NCBI GenBank assembly: GCA_010093705.1
Contig: MU006101.1
Coordinates: 1 to 64,000 of the forward strand
Reading direction: 5' to 3'
Length of the DNA stretch: 64,000 nt
Origin: Patellaria atrata CBS 101060
Lineage: Eukaryota
Below, piece after piece: positions 52,044 to 64,000 of the stretch. Numbering within the stretch: the first letter of the stretch is position 1; each line of letters opens with the position of its first letter. The notes under the pieces are model-generated. The model made no database searches and was not told where the DNA came from. It saw only the letters and a list, made by a program, of their open reading frames with translations. The position numbers and the translations under genes are program-made.

Positions 52044-53975
52044 CTAGGTCAATGTAAATTCTTCGATTTCGCGCTCTTCCTCAAACCATTTACCGTCCAT
52101 GTAATCCCAAACGTAGACTTCACCAACGAGATCATAGCGACCATCGTTATAGAAACGAATAGCATGAGGAACATCCGCTCCGAGAAATATAACAATCTGA
52201 TCGTTCTCCTCGATATTTTGCGGACCTAGGCACAGGAGACCTTGGGAGGTTGCGAAAACCCTACGATCACTAGTGACATTCCACATACGCTCTAGATAGG
52301 CAGAAGCGTTCTGTGTTCACCACCCCTTAGGGTCATTATGACCAAGCGGTGCCTGGTTCAGACCCCGCAGCGCATTATATGACTGATACATTGTCTCTGT
52401 TGCATGGTATGCCTCTTGTTCTAAGACGCCACTCCACTCCGTATCAGCTATCGGGACTTTCCACACCGCTTCCAGACGTTCTTCATCAGACTCCCAGATA
52501 TCGGCGTTCAGCCTCGATAAACGCTCCACTTCCATAAACCACGCTGTAGCTCGGTTGATGGAATCTTCCCCGTCGTCTTTCCAGATATCGGTAACTTCAG
52601 CCACGTAGTCGAGGATAGAACCTTTTGGGTAAAGAATTTGATTGAGACCTTTGCCTGAGGATTCAAGAATCTCACATAGACCCCCGCCGCTGGCGTCAAA
52701 TTTGGAAAGTCTCGATATTGGTCTTATGAGTCGCATCGACCAGTCTGGAACCCAAGACGGCAGGTTTTCGAAGTTTTTAGGGAATTGACAGTATGAGAAG
52801 AGTCCAAAATCTTTGAGATTCATAAAGTATGCGAAGTCGAGATATACTAATTCCGTGCTCCGGGTGTAATTGGGCTCAATGGTGTCTAGTTTCAGGTCGC
52901 TAGATATTCCCAGGAGGGCATATATGTGGTCCCGCGGATTTGTAGCTTTAAGACCTGAATAAGTTGAGGTTCCCACACAGGTCGTCCCTAGCAAGTTCCG
53001 TAACGGTTGTTTTCCGTCGGCCAACTGCGCAATTACTGATAGCATGATGTGAGGGTGGACATTCAAAGATCTGCCTATCCAAGATTTTAGCTCTGTTAGA
53101 TGCGCGTCTGAGTATGGAGATTGCAATCTAGCATATTCCTTAAGGGCCCAGATTACCCTTTCAAAGTTACTTAGAGGTAGGTCAAGATTTCCGCACACAA
53201 TTATTATTTCACGGCCTAGAACTATCTCTTGTAGAACCCAACATCTTTCCCAGTACGGTCTCCGCGCTAGAGAGAATATCGGTTCCAAAGTGATCGGGTT
53301 AAATTCGCCGGAGCCATTGATATGTTTAGCAAGAACTTGCTCCCATGAATTATTCAGGAACTCCGCTCGATCATTAACATCCCCGTTAATAGCTACCATC
53401 ACGCCTTCACCACTCAGAGCTTCCCCGACAGCACGCAGGTCCATCATGGCAAGGTTACTCTCGTCAGCTTCTGGTCCTAGCCAGGAAATAACCATCTCTG
53501 CTCTCTCATAGATAAATCTCATCAACTGCACTTGTGCGCTCTTCTCCACTTCATCGGCTTGATTGATACATACCGCATCAACCCAGAGGCTAAGCGTCTT
53601 ATCATCTTCCTGGAGATGGTGGAGTGCGCTTGCCAAGTTTTCCGTAATGTAAAAGGGGCTGTTCATCAACCAGACCTTGTGCGTAAGGTCAGGTTTCCCC
53701 CAAACGTAGGAGAGCGCAGCATAAGCAAGGTCTCCACCGATCGATATCCTATTCATCAGACAATGAAGGGTGCCATCCTCGTCATTGGCATGTTTAGGGA
53801 GGAGTTGGATCAGACGGATTTCCCTCTTAGAGACATCGAGTGGGGAGTAGACAAAACGTGAACCGTGTTCAACTTCGACAGCTAGTTGCTCCTTATATAA
53901 TCGGACTTTTGCTTCATCACAGTTCCAAGCTATGCGGGCATAACTTGAGCTCCCGTTCCTGGTGGACCGCTCCAT
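52044..53975 (-). CDS. Heterokaryon incompatibility HET-domain protein (HET-6-like) interrupted by one in-frame TGA
   Basis: YAALSYVWG, LWVDAVCINQAD...EKSAQVQLMRFIYERA, YWERCWVLQE, ATNPRDHIYALLG and LPSWVPDW motifs. The C-terminal GLLCLGP...LVGEVYV...MDG block is in the same frame after TGA 52317-52319. Confidence 0.88.
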
Positions 53976-54741
53976 ACTGCGTGAATTGAAATGTAAAGCT
54001 GATAAGTGAGTTCATGACGTGAAAAACTCATATGACGAGAACCTAAGGAGTATGATTTTCGATTCGAATTATTACAGTCTATCGTCCTTATATTTTCACG
54101 TACTCAAGATTGAATATAGGGCTGGGGGAGGAAGAGTGCATTATTGCGGAATCTAGCTTCCACATCATGCTGTTGTTGATAAGCCTCATAACGAACCTTT
54201 AGCCTCAGCTTTAGATACTATAAGAGGAAAACTTTTGGGAGCTGTTGACGATACGATCAGCTTGAGGTTCAGCAAGTTCAGCAAGTTCAGCTAGACAGTT
54301 GCCAAGCACTGTAATAGGGAACCTTTTTCATCTTTCGGACTTTAGAATTAGAATCTATACAGAAAAGTTGTAGGACGCTGTTTAGATACCTGAATGACTT
54401 TATGTAGAGGTAGGAAACTCATCTGATAATATTCTAGTAAGATAGACTTATATTTATTGTCCTACGGATCTTTTCTAATCTTTCAATATTCTGGATATTT
54501 AGTAGTCATTGTTGCAGGTTAAAACGTTATTCTCGTGGGGGTGGTCTCGGAGTCACGGCACTAACCGCACATCTAAGGTATCAACTAAAACTTGGATCTA
54601 AACTCAGACAAGAAGGCTGAAGCACACATGATGGCCGAGTCAACGTCATTCCTTTATACCTTTATTTCAGATTAAAGATGAGGATGTTCTCTTTCTCAAT
54701 CTAGGATCTAAGTTCTGGCTCAACTCGTTCACTGAGGCAAT

Positions 54742-55770
54742 ATGGCTCGCATGGCCTCCGAGGAGACCCTTCCTCTCCTCAGAGATGGTACCCTCCATAG
54801 AACTATGGGCGAGGAGAGCGAAAATGCTAAGGTCCGTGCCCTTAGAGCTTGTACTCTACTACCTCATATAGCATCTTCATCGAAGCTAATCTGTCTTCAG
54901 GCTAGAAATAAGGCATATAGGGGAGTTAGTAGTATTTACGGATTTTTCAGGAGCGGTATCTTTGCCTCAGATGCCACTACCTATGATCCAATCTATATGC
55001 TTTTGAATGCGGATGATCAGGAGGAGAAGGACGCATTAACCGAACAGTGGCGAGATTATAAGCTCAAAGAACTGAACTTCATCGGTGTCATGGTAAGAAA
55101 ATCGCTTGACTCCATCATACTTGGAACCTATTTGTAAGAGACGAGTAATCGGCAACAGTGGACTGACTGTCATCATTCTTGCCTCCATAACAGGCAGCCC
55201 TTCTTGCTGGTGTTTTGACCTCCACCGGGAGCTGGCCCCATCTTCTTCCAGCCGAGAGAGCGACGCCATGGCCAGCACGTACAGCATGGTTTTGCGGTCT
55301 TGTTCTTGCACTCACATCTATAACTACAGCCGCGGATCACTACATACGCTTATGTCGTCTCTCAACCCATCGTGATTCTATGGAACGTATCAGACAGTTG
55401 CTAAGCGGAATTAAAGTAAGGGAAGATAATGAAAGCCCTGGAGAGGTCAGACCGAAGCGACTCCAGATTTACATCTGGCAGCTCCCGGTGCTACTGCTTA
55501 CCGCTTCTGTTATCTGTATGATCTTGGGAATGCTTTTCCTTTGCTGGGCCGCTACGATTGAGAGATGGCCGGATGAGCCGTGGTTTGATGATAATGCTAG
55601 GGTGAGTCACCCGTCCATGCACACGTCCTAAATTTTGGACTCTACAGCTCATTACTGATATATTCAAGATTGCTCTTGCTGTCTCTATCGTCACAGCGGT
55701 GTGCGGCATGATCTTTATTGCTAGTCAAATCTCTTTATACCTCGAGGGAAATTCATGGGGCCCTCTGTAA
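54742..55770 (+). CDS. Uncharacterised fungal multi-pass membrane protein, 4 exons
   Basis: Canonical introns join WRDYKLKELNFIGVM/AALLAGVLTSTGSWP...AWFCGLVLAL...IWQLPVLLLTASVICMILG.../IALAVSIVTAVCGMIF; about 4 hydrophobic helices. Confidence 0.75.
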
Positions 55771-56966
55771 GCTACAGACAGTTAGAAATTGACTCCTCAA
55801 GGCCTAAAGAGAACCCATGCACGGGAAAATACCTCCGACACTGGTACCAGATTGGATAGAGAAATCTACGTAGTTCAACTAATTAATAACGTTTGTATTG
55901 CGAGGTTGTTTGAAGAAATGCATTTATAGAACCGACATCTACCTCATTTCCCACATGTCTTCTGCGTGGTATACCCCTTTCATAAGTAGGTCCGCAGAAC
56001 GCAACTTTGTTCCATTACAAAATTTCCGATCATCATCTCTTTCCCAATCACGCCTTGCTAAAAGATTCCGGGCACACTCTTTTCGAAAGGACGGAATCGA
56101 CTTGAGGGAAGATTAATAACGTACCCGGAATTATGCGCAGTCCGTAGCCCTTAGCCTATCTCACGCTATATCATAACCTCACATCATGGTATTTCTGTCA
56201 TTTCTCTAGTTTAACATGCTTCACAATGCTGCTTAATCACTCAATATCGTTCTACTGAGAACTTATTAATCGGATATCTATTCATTATCGCCCGGTGCGT
56301 CACTAACACCAGAAGGGCTGCTGTAGCCCCTATTTTACTATCGTTTTAGGTAATCTGTTTACAATCGCCAAAGACAGGTTTTAAAAATGTAACCAACATA
56401 GGAATCACTTTCAATACTCGACGTTAAAACCAGGCTAAATCCTCACTTCTCTAACGAGTGTTCACTCTTCTTTTACAGTTGTCTCGAAAAGAGGTCGTAA
56501 CACTTCATCGGACTACCTATTTAAGTAACATGTTTACAACCATCGAGGACGTTCGACAAAAATTCAATCACGTTTCCCGTTTAGGTAGTCCTACCACGTG
56601 TCGCGTTTTCGTGGTCCTAGTCCGTTATATCATCTTGCTACCTATTTGTTTACGCCATTTCTTTCACATCAACTCTATACGCTTTGGACAAGGACATCGA
56701 AAGGATACCTAAAAATTGCCTAATTCAGCGCATTATATGCGCCAAGGGAGCTCTACCCCCCTTTCCGTCTCTCCGGTACTACACACGGATCACATGCATT
56801 CCGTCGCGTTGACGCTCTTCTCACGTGCTCACTCACACACGCGGTACGCCTACCCAAGGGCTTAAGCATAGATACCTTATATACCCCAAAGCGGAAACCG
56901 CTTAGATCTCATCCAACGTAACAGTAGACTCTCCCCTTGAAAGGTGATCACGCGTTTGGACCCTAT

Positions 56967-57012
56967 TCACGTACCTCGTGTCCGTCGATCACGTACCTCG
57001 CGTCCGTCGATC
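56967..57012. repeat. 22-bp tandem duplication
   Basis: TCACGTACCTCG(T/C)GTCCGTCGA x2. Confidence 0.85.
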
Positions 57013-57033
57013 TCGACAGTGTAAACAGTCCCC

Positions 57034-57511
57034 ATGAGGGGCCAATTTTTTGGAGCTTTATCAAAATGTTCGCCCTCCTTGGTAGCGGATACTAGACCCC
57101 TATCACATGTCAGTGTATCACGAGTGCGGCCTTATTCAGTTATTCACAACCTCCCAGGACGCTAGTGACCTCAACGACGGTACTTTACCTGTCATGATGA
57201 GCACCCCCCGGCAAAAGCCTTACCACGCTGGAATCCGCCCTTCCCCGCTGGGACCACGTGTCTGAAACTACTCCTACACTTCGCCCCTCCTCATGTCGAT
57301 GAGATTACCGCTTTGAAGAGTATGTGTACTACCACGGACCTTCGATGACACTCAGTACCCCATGTGATTTTCATTCTAGTCGGGGTTACCACGGCAGCCC
57401 TGCTTGGACGACGTGCGCGGGAGATGTTGGTACTTTGGGACCGGTTTGGCATTTACTGTTATTTTGGTGGTGTCTTTTCTTTTCTTTCCTGGATGTTCGA
57501 AGGAGTTCTGA
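57034..57511 (+). pseudogene. Cryptic 3-exon small gene or pseudogene: 60-aa ORF, or about 120 aa with a C-terminal TM if two TGAs are bypassed
   Basis: ATG 57034; putative phase-0 introns 57109-57157 and 57320-57379; TGA at 57263 and 57314; the last exon encodes WYFGTGLAFTVILVVSFLFFPG. Confidence 0.4.
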
Positions 57512-59555
57512 CGACTTTGGCAAAGGCTAGGGGAACTGAGAGGTAAAGTCTCCCGAGGAAGCTACGCGTATGTGTCGTGAGATTCATGGATATCGTATCT
57601 ATGCCCGGTGGAGCTTTTTGAAAGACAGTTCTACTTTTACGCATCAAACATTGGTTTTCAGGAGCGGGTACCTTGTTTACCCCTGTTGCTGTTCAGAATG
57701 TAACATGACTTGTATGAAATGACTGGGGCTGGACGAAAAGGACTGATTGAATGGAATGACTGGACTGGATGGACTTCTATCGTAGGTGTACAAAAAAAAG
57801 TCAAACACTGCACTGTATACCAAGGGGTTCAAGACCCTTCACAACCATAATCCACCAGCGTATCCATAGCAACCGTACAGGGGCGTGACAAGGTGTCGAA
57901 TATGATAGAGGAGATGCGACCTTGTGTCATCACTTGAACTCTCCGCCTCTTAACCCTTCTCACATATCTTGATCGAGACATCTTCCTAAATTCCTATTGA
58001 GTGCTAGCAAACAGTTCCGTAAGCACCCTTACAACCCTAACTAACCACCAGAGACGAAAAGGGAAGTAACAACCTAAGCATACCTTCCATCACCTTCCCC
58101 ATATTCCTCGTACGAACACCTCAGTCCTGCATCCAGACAGAGGGAAAGCGCCCACCATACCTCCTCCCTCAATTGCCAACCTGTCCAATGGAAGGTACCT
58201 CATTTCTTTCCTAACCTACCTAAGACCTACCAAAACCCCAACCATCCCAAACTCCACCACGATCGTCCGCGGTAAACAGTCACACCACCCCTCAGGTTTC
58301 TCAACAACGATACTATCCTCGCAGATGAGGTACCGTATTGCATCAGCACCTCATCTATTCACCTCACCCCTGTTGCCCCGGACGATGAAACCCTTCACCA
58401 AACCCCACAAAACGACAAATATGAACGAGTGGTCTCCTCCAGCACTACCTTACCGTCTCCTCGTCCGAGCGCAGGCGGCCGATCTCACGGCCGCGAGAAG
58501 CGAACGTAAAAGATAAAGTAACAAGGCCAGCATCCGGATCAGCGAGAGAGTATAAGGTTCGTATGTGAGATCAGCACGATAAGGTAAATGTTAATCTACG
58601 CATACCCGGTAAACTTCGGCTCTGGCGACGACTTGCCTCATCCTACCTGATCCTGACCACGTCTTGAGTAGACATGCCAAACTTCCAAACTTCAAGACAC
58701 TACCTCGAGGGAAGGAAGGGAGTGAACCGGTATCCAGATCTGCAAGCCGTGATTACCTTACCTCGCTCATCGCTCGTCAGACCACGCTCCCGTCACCCAT
58801 ATACACACCCCCCAAAAACGATCATCTCAAGCTCACATACAGTACCATCCACACCCTCAGCAATCGCAATATAGATAAGCTTATCTCGTTTTCGCTAGTC
58901 CGCTCGCTATGAACGCATGCCACTACCTTTACTCTATCCCGTCGTGCCTCCGAAAACCCCAAAAAAGTGCCGGAGACACAAAACAAGGTCCGACATGAGA
59001 AGAAAAGGTGACGATGTCGTGACCTAATAAGCTAGTGGTGTGAGCTTGTTTCGAGTAGAATGTCAGAGATTCCAAAACAAGGAAACCTAAGCCTCTTAAT
59101 CTTACCGCATTGGGAAAACATGCACGTGATACGATTACGGATACAATATGTCAACACAAAGGTAAAAGGGGGTTTGTGCAACTATCTTTTGTATTGAAGA
59201 TTAGCTACATGCAATAAAATACCAAGTTCACTTTAAACTCCAAAAGGAAAGTGATTTGAGTGGGTAAAATCTTTATTCGACCGATGTTCTATATCGTCCC
59301 ATCGTCTAACAAGATTACGAGTCTGGCTGATGATCCCCTGATCCCTCTTCCCTTAACTTTCTCATATGATGAAACTGAAATACAAGCTTTCCTCGACGCC
59401 CCTTTCCACATGAGTGGGTGGATAAGTGAGATTAACGCCAGGAAAGCCGTCCGAAACAGAAACCCAGAACCCAAATCAATCTAGTACTACAAGCCAGAAA
59501 GTTAAGGGGGAAGAGGGGCCTTCCGTATAAAGAAAGGAACAGGGGAGATGCTAGA

Positions 59556-61463
59556 CTACAAGTGGAGGTCATTCCAACCTCCAACCCACTCAATATCACC
59601 GACATCATCACCGCTGTTGTGATGATCGTGTTGACGCCAATCCTTGCTCAAATTCCATTCCTGATTCCGTGCCCAAACGCCAGAGTGATTCCCATGGTGA
59701 AATCCAATTCCATCTTTTCGCTTCCAACTTCCCGTCTTACTACGCTTCCTGCTTGTCTGACTTGGTGATTGAATCATGGGCGCACTTGCTGTCTGAGTAT
59801 TCTTGGCACGGCGCCTATCACCCAACGCAGCCCACTTATCCATGAGAGTCTTCTTGGATGGAGGTGAGTAGCGAGGGACGACAGCATGATGTTCCTCAAA
59901 GATGAATCCAGTGTGTTCACTTACGTGATTATCAGCCTTGGGGACAGGTTTTGGGCTCGTGTTCCTGCTGTTGACGATAGGATTCTTCAGCTCCACAAGT
60001 CCATTGCGTCCACTGGAGTGAGCAGTGTTGGTTGGGTTGCGACTGAGAACAGGCTCCGTGGTTTCCTCGGTATGGATACCAAACACATTCTCGGACTCAA
60101 TGACGGCGTGCATCTCTTCCTCTTCTTCGTCCCAAAGATCGCTCCAACTCTTGGACACGAGCTCTCGCTTCTTCCCGAAACCGGAAGCGAAACTTGGAAG
60201 CCTCTTGGACATCGAAACCGGAAGAGAGCCAGCGATAGGCATGGGTTTGGAACGAGTGATCTTGGAAACCTGGGGTGCTTGGAAGTGCACAGACTTGTAG
60301 GAGACACCAAGCCCAGAATCGACAAACGATGCCAACGAAGCGTTGTCAGGCTTGACATGGAACCAACCTTCAGAATGCTCGGAACCTGCAAAGATGTCTT
60401 CAGGGTAGCGTTCTGTGTCGGGGATGACAGACAATTGACGGACAGGTAGAGGAGGGCTCATGGCCAATGCTTTCGCCCATGGGAATGAGCCATTTGGTTC
60501 GACCTGTGGATTGGACACCGAAGGAGTTCGAAGAGGTTCACGGTTAGCAGTAGCAGGAACTACATGGTGATCATCAGCGCAGCAGAACTCATCAAGAGAC
60601 TCGTCATCAGTAGTGAATCCGATGACACGGTCGAGAGCTTCGCGAACTGCGCGTAACGAACGCTTGGAGGGATCAATAACAAGGCAGTGATCCAAAACCT
60701 CAAACGTATCTTGAGACATATTCGGGAAAACATCGAACAGGGTCTGCCTATCTCCAGCGAAATCGGCGAAGAGCGGGTCTGAGAGAGTCGGGGTAGTGAA
60801 GGGATTCCTAGAGAACAATACATTTAGAAGACAGATACCGATGGCCCAGATATCTGCTTCGGCGGGTGAGTAGCCGCTGGTTGACGGGTCGTATTGCTCA
60901 GGAGCCATATAACGATCACTACCGACAGCAGCTTCGTAAGACCAGTGATCTCTAGTGGCAAGGCCAAAATCACCAAGTTTCATGGAACCTGACTGGGTCA
61001 AGAAGATATTCTCTGGTTTGATGTCGCGGTGGGCGATGCCTTGAGTATGGAGAAACTCAACGGCATCGACCAGCTGGAACATGAATTCTCGAACGTGTTC
61101 GGTCTCCAAAGGACCTTTTCCAAGACGAATAGCTTCGTAAAGATCGCCGTTGGAACAGAACTCGAGGACAAGATAGACATGATTGGCCGTTTCGAAGGAA
61201 TGGATGAGATTGACAATATTCGGATGGTTCCTGATCGCGAGATGGATAGACAACTCCTCTGACTGGTCGTCGATAGCAAATGCAGAGGGACAGATATTCT
61301 CGGCGGTGTTCTTGGTCAAGCACTTGAGAGCGACGGATTCACCGGTAGCTAAATCCTTTGCCATGAACACCATGCCGAAAGATCCATGGTTAAGAGGAGA
61401 GATTGTCTCGAATCGGCCATCTAGCACTGCACCTTTAACGAAATTGTTTCGCATGCAATCCAT
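59556..61463 (-). CDS. KSP1: Ser/Thr protein kinase, Ksp1/Ran1 family
   Basis: LNHGSFGMV, VALKCL, HRDIKPEN, DFG, GSDRYMAPE and NVLFSRNPF motifs; C-terminal SWSDLWDEEE. Confidence 0.9.
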   Translation of the reverse strand: MDCMRNNFVKGAVLDGRFETISPLNHGSFGMVFMAKDLATGESVALKCLTKNTAENICPSAFAIDDQSEELSIHLAIRNHPNIVNLIHSFETANHVYLVLEFCSNGDLYEAIRLGKGPLETEHVREFMFQLVDAVEFLHTQGIAHRDIKPENIFLTQSGSMKLGDFGLATRDHWSYEAAVGSDRYMAPEQYDPSTSGYSPAEADIWAIGICLLNVLFSRNPFTTPTLSDPLFADFAGDRQTLFDVFPNMSQDTFEVLDHCLVIDPSKRSLRAVREALDRVIGFTTDDESLDEFCCADDHHVVPATANREPLRTPSVSNPQVEPNGSFPWAKALAMSPPLPVRQLSVIPDTERYPEDIFAGSEHSEGWFHVKPDNASLASFVDSGLGVSYKSVHFQAPQVSKITRSKPMPIAGSLPVSMSKRLPSFASGFGKKRELVSKSWSDLWDEEEEEMHAVIESENVFGIHTEETTEPVLSRNPTNTAHSSGRNGLVELKNPIVNSRNTSPKPVPKADNHVSEHTGFIFEEHHAVVPRYSPPSKKTLMDKWAALGDRRRAKNTQTASAPMIQSPSQTSRKRSKTGSWKRKDGIGFHHGNHSGVWARNQEWNLSKDWRQHDHHNSGDDVGDIEWVGGWNDLHL

Positions 61464-64000
61464 GAGGGCTGGGAGAGAGAGGACGATTATAATAAAAAAA
61501 AAACCTGCAGACCGGACCTAGTATAAACAGAGGGTGGACCAGATGCAAGTCGTTGAAAGGTGGAAGACGCCGAAAACCAAAAGGTTTAATCAAACAAGCT
61601 CGAAAAGCTGAAATTTTTTTGAACCAGAATGGTCTATGAAACTTTTTGAAGGCTTCAAGATGTTAACAAGGTTGTAGGAAACGGTCCGGTATGATAGAGT
61701 ATCGCACAACGGAAAGAGAACTTGGAACTGGCAAACAAAGGATCTGCAAACCACCGTACCGACAAGGCCTGAGGAACTCCGCTATGTGTAGAGAATCGTT
61801 TCGTGGGTATAAACAAAGTTCCAACCGGGTAGAGTTAAACACAAGGAAAAGTAAAGAGTGTAGTTGTTTTCATTGAATTAGGCCAAGTATATCGTACGGC
61901 ACGTCAAGTAACCGCAAAGACTAGAATGCCACGAGTAGCCCAAGTTTAGATCCAAAAATTAGAGACCAGGAACTCGGAAGTGCTCGGGTATTCAGCGAGT
62001 GTCGGTGAAACGAAAAAGGTTCGAGACGTAGATTTGGCGATGGCCAGACGTGGAATTCGAGTTGAGAGAGTCGCTGCGTAAATAGAGGAAAAGAAAATCG
62101 TAACACGTGGAGAAGTTGTCGCAGTTGCCTAGGACAATTAGAAGTTGACAGTAGGCTTCCGCAAACTCAGTGAGACACAGGTAACAGTCTCAATGAGTTT
62201 AGCAGATGGTTCGACTGGAAGACGAAACTGCTTTGAAGATGACTCTCGAGGTTTAACCAATGATCAATCGGTGCATCAAAGGCTTTCTCTTGGAGATTGA
62301 AGACGCGAAGTAGGCGGTTTAACGGTGATCGTACTTGATAGGCAGCTCAAAGCATTGATGAATATCAAGGTGGATGATGCGATGAAGATAGAAGTAGAAC
62401 CGTTGCTTTGTTGTCTAGATGTCCTTGACTCCTTGGGTTATGTGACCTCACATCAAAGCGATGACGACGCAAGGGGGTCCAAGCTTCGATGGCGTGAGGA
62501 TGATGTTGATTGCAAGGAGACAGATTCAGCAGACAAACGGGAGATGGAAGAAGGTGAGGAGATGTTGTGGACAAGGGGAGGCGGAGCTGGTGGAGAAGTA
62601 GTTGTTTCGTTTGTTGATGTGTTGTTGTTTTGAATGGCTCGTCGAAGCAGGCAGGCACGGAGAGAAGGGTTGCGTAGGTAACGAAGGAATGCGAATCGGA
62701 GAGTATGTGTTCGAATGAGGAAGGAATGTGTGCTTGCTTGCTAAAGACGGCGAACAACTAACAAAGTGGTGCCAGCGAGGACAAGATTAGGACATAATAG
62801 AAGAGAAAGTGAAGTGGATGGTGGTTGTGATTAAAGCAAAGTTGGGATGAATGGCGGCGGTGTAGGAAAGAGTGAAAGAGTCTAGAGGGGGGGATGGGAA
62901 GGGGATCGAGTAATAGTAAGGTTTGAGTTGTCCGACCCACCCGGGAAGCGTCGACTTACTCAGTCGAAACTGGTGGAATCATCGGTTGCCCGGGGCCAAG
63001 TGCTAAGGTCAAGGAAGGGAAAGGGCGACTGGGCAACACAACCGTGATCAAGCACGACAAACCTGGGCGACAGCGTAGAATTAGCAGGAGCAACCTGCAT
63101 CAAGTGCCCACCAAGCCTACCGTACCTAACGTACCTTTTAACGGCGCTAACCAAAGCGAGACATGGATGACAAGGGTCGAGAAGGGGAGAGTTGACGAAC
63201 AAGTAACGATTTCAGCAAATCAACGGCCAGCTGCAGCACGTCTTTGACAAACCATTCCCGAAGCCTTTGAATCCTGATACGGTTAAATCGAAGGCAAGCT
63301 CTTTGTTGAGTGCGACATGAGGCGTTTATTGGCCAGGACTCGACTGCAATCGCCAGCTTTTTTGGCGGGCGCCTCTTGCTGCATGTCTGGCAAGTCTGCA
63401 ACTAAAAATGCACCTACGTGAACCCCCCGTGGCTTCCCTTCTTGTTGATGTCTTCCCACATCTCAAGAAAGAGACAAATCTCGCCACAACCCTCAACTGA
63501 ACATCGTATCACGCTAATCCCGATATGCGACGATCCACTGCTTCATTTAGAATAAGGTCCAAGGAAGCAGGCAACCCGTGCCTTGTTACTGCAGGAGCAC
63601 CTGGAGCTTACTTTATCACGCGCTCGAACCTGGCTCAAAGCCACCAATCCCCAAGAATCAAACGTGGCCTGAAAAGGTACCAGAGAGAACAACTTGGAAA
63701 GCACTCGTGTGTTCACAGTAAGGTACAAGTACACTTTACTCACCTGTGACCCCCTGAGACCCCCTGAGTTGGTGATGATGAGCGCCGTGAAGCATTTCTT
63801 CATGTCACTCGGGACTTTTGAGGAATTGCAATTATTGCCGTGAACCGGAGCATGATACCGTCACAAGGTTCAAAAATGACAGAATTACTTTTAAAATCTC
63901 GAAAGCTCATACGCTCAGCTACTTGGTACAACATCATATCTTCCGTAAAGAGTTGTCCTCGTGCTTTTGTGTGACGAGCAAGTTCGGTGCCCCTTTCATG

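Noticed and set aside
55817..55832. ATGCACGGGAAAATAC resembling the 5' end of yeast U4 snRNA
   Set aside because: The following k-turn stem-loop and Sm site are absent, and it lies in a 3' UTR.
57194..57265. ATGATGA...CTGA as a C/D snoRNA
   Set aside because: No terminal stem and no recognisable rRNA-complementary guide.
52317..57316. In-frame TGAs as selenocysteine or an alternative genetic code
   Set aside because: TGA terminates many normal genes in this window, and Sec decoding is not known in ascomycetes.
58033..58041. AACCCTAAC as a telomerase RNA template
   Set aside because: A short match within C/A-rich sequence. No pseudoknot or CR4/5 was recognised, and the only Sm-like site (near 57044) is upstream.

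Overview
Gene-dense, intron-containing DNA from a filamentous ascomycete, with short GT-AG introns and one 100-N scaffold gap at 36363-36462. From about 3.3 to 47.5 kb it is a housekeeping block: ERD2, GH85 ENGase, ATP15, MAK10, CENP-W, proteasome alpha-6, VPS55, VPS68, PrmC/MTQ1, Cbf1-like bHLH, GH5 exo-glucanase, a Caprin-like RGG protein, KDM4/KdmA, Na+/H+ antiporter, LtrA-family protein, SCC4/MAU2, Eht1-like hydrolase, LOC1, AIM32, CYC2 and a GPI-type aspartic protease. From about 48 to 58 kb it is an accessory or decaying patch: tRNA-Pro(AGG), a tRNA-like relic, a NADAR pseudogene, a HET gene with one in-frame TGA, a membrane protein gene and a cryptic spliced small gene with two TGAs. 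A KSP1-like kinase follows. Structure not shown by the ORF track includes two MITE-like fold-backs, a probable solo LTR and repeated C-rich-to-G-rich skew islands. The best leads for new biology are the adjacent VPS55/VPS68 genes, the AIM32-CYC2 redox pair, the HET/NADAR island and the skew islands. All family calls come from motif recognition by eye; no database searches were run.
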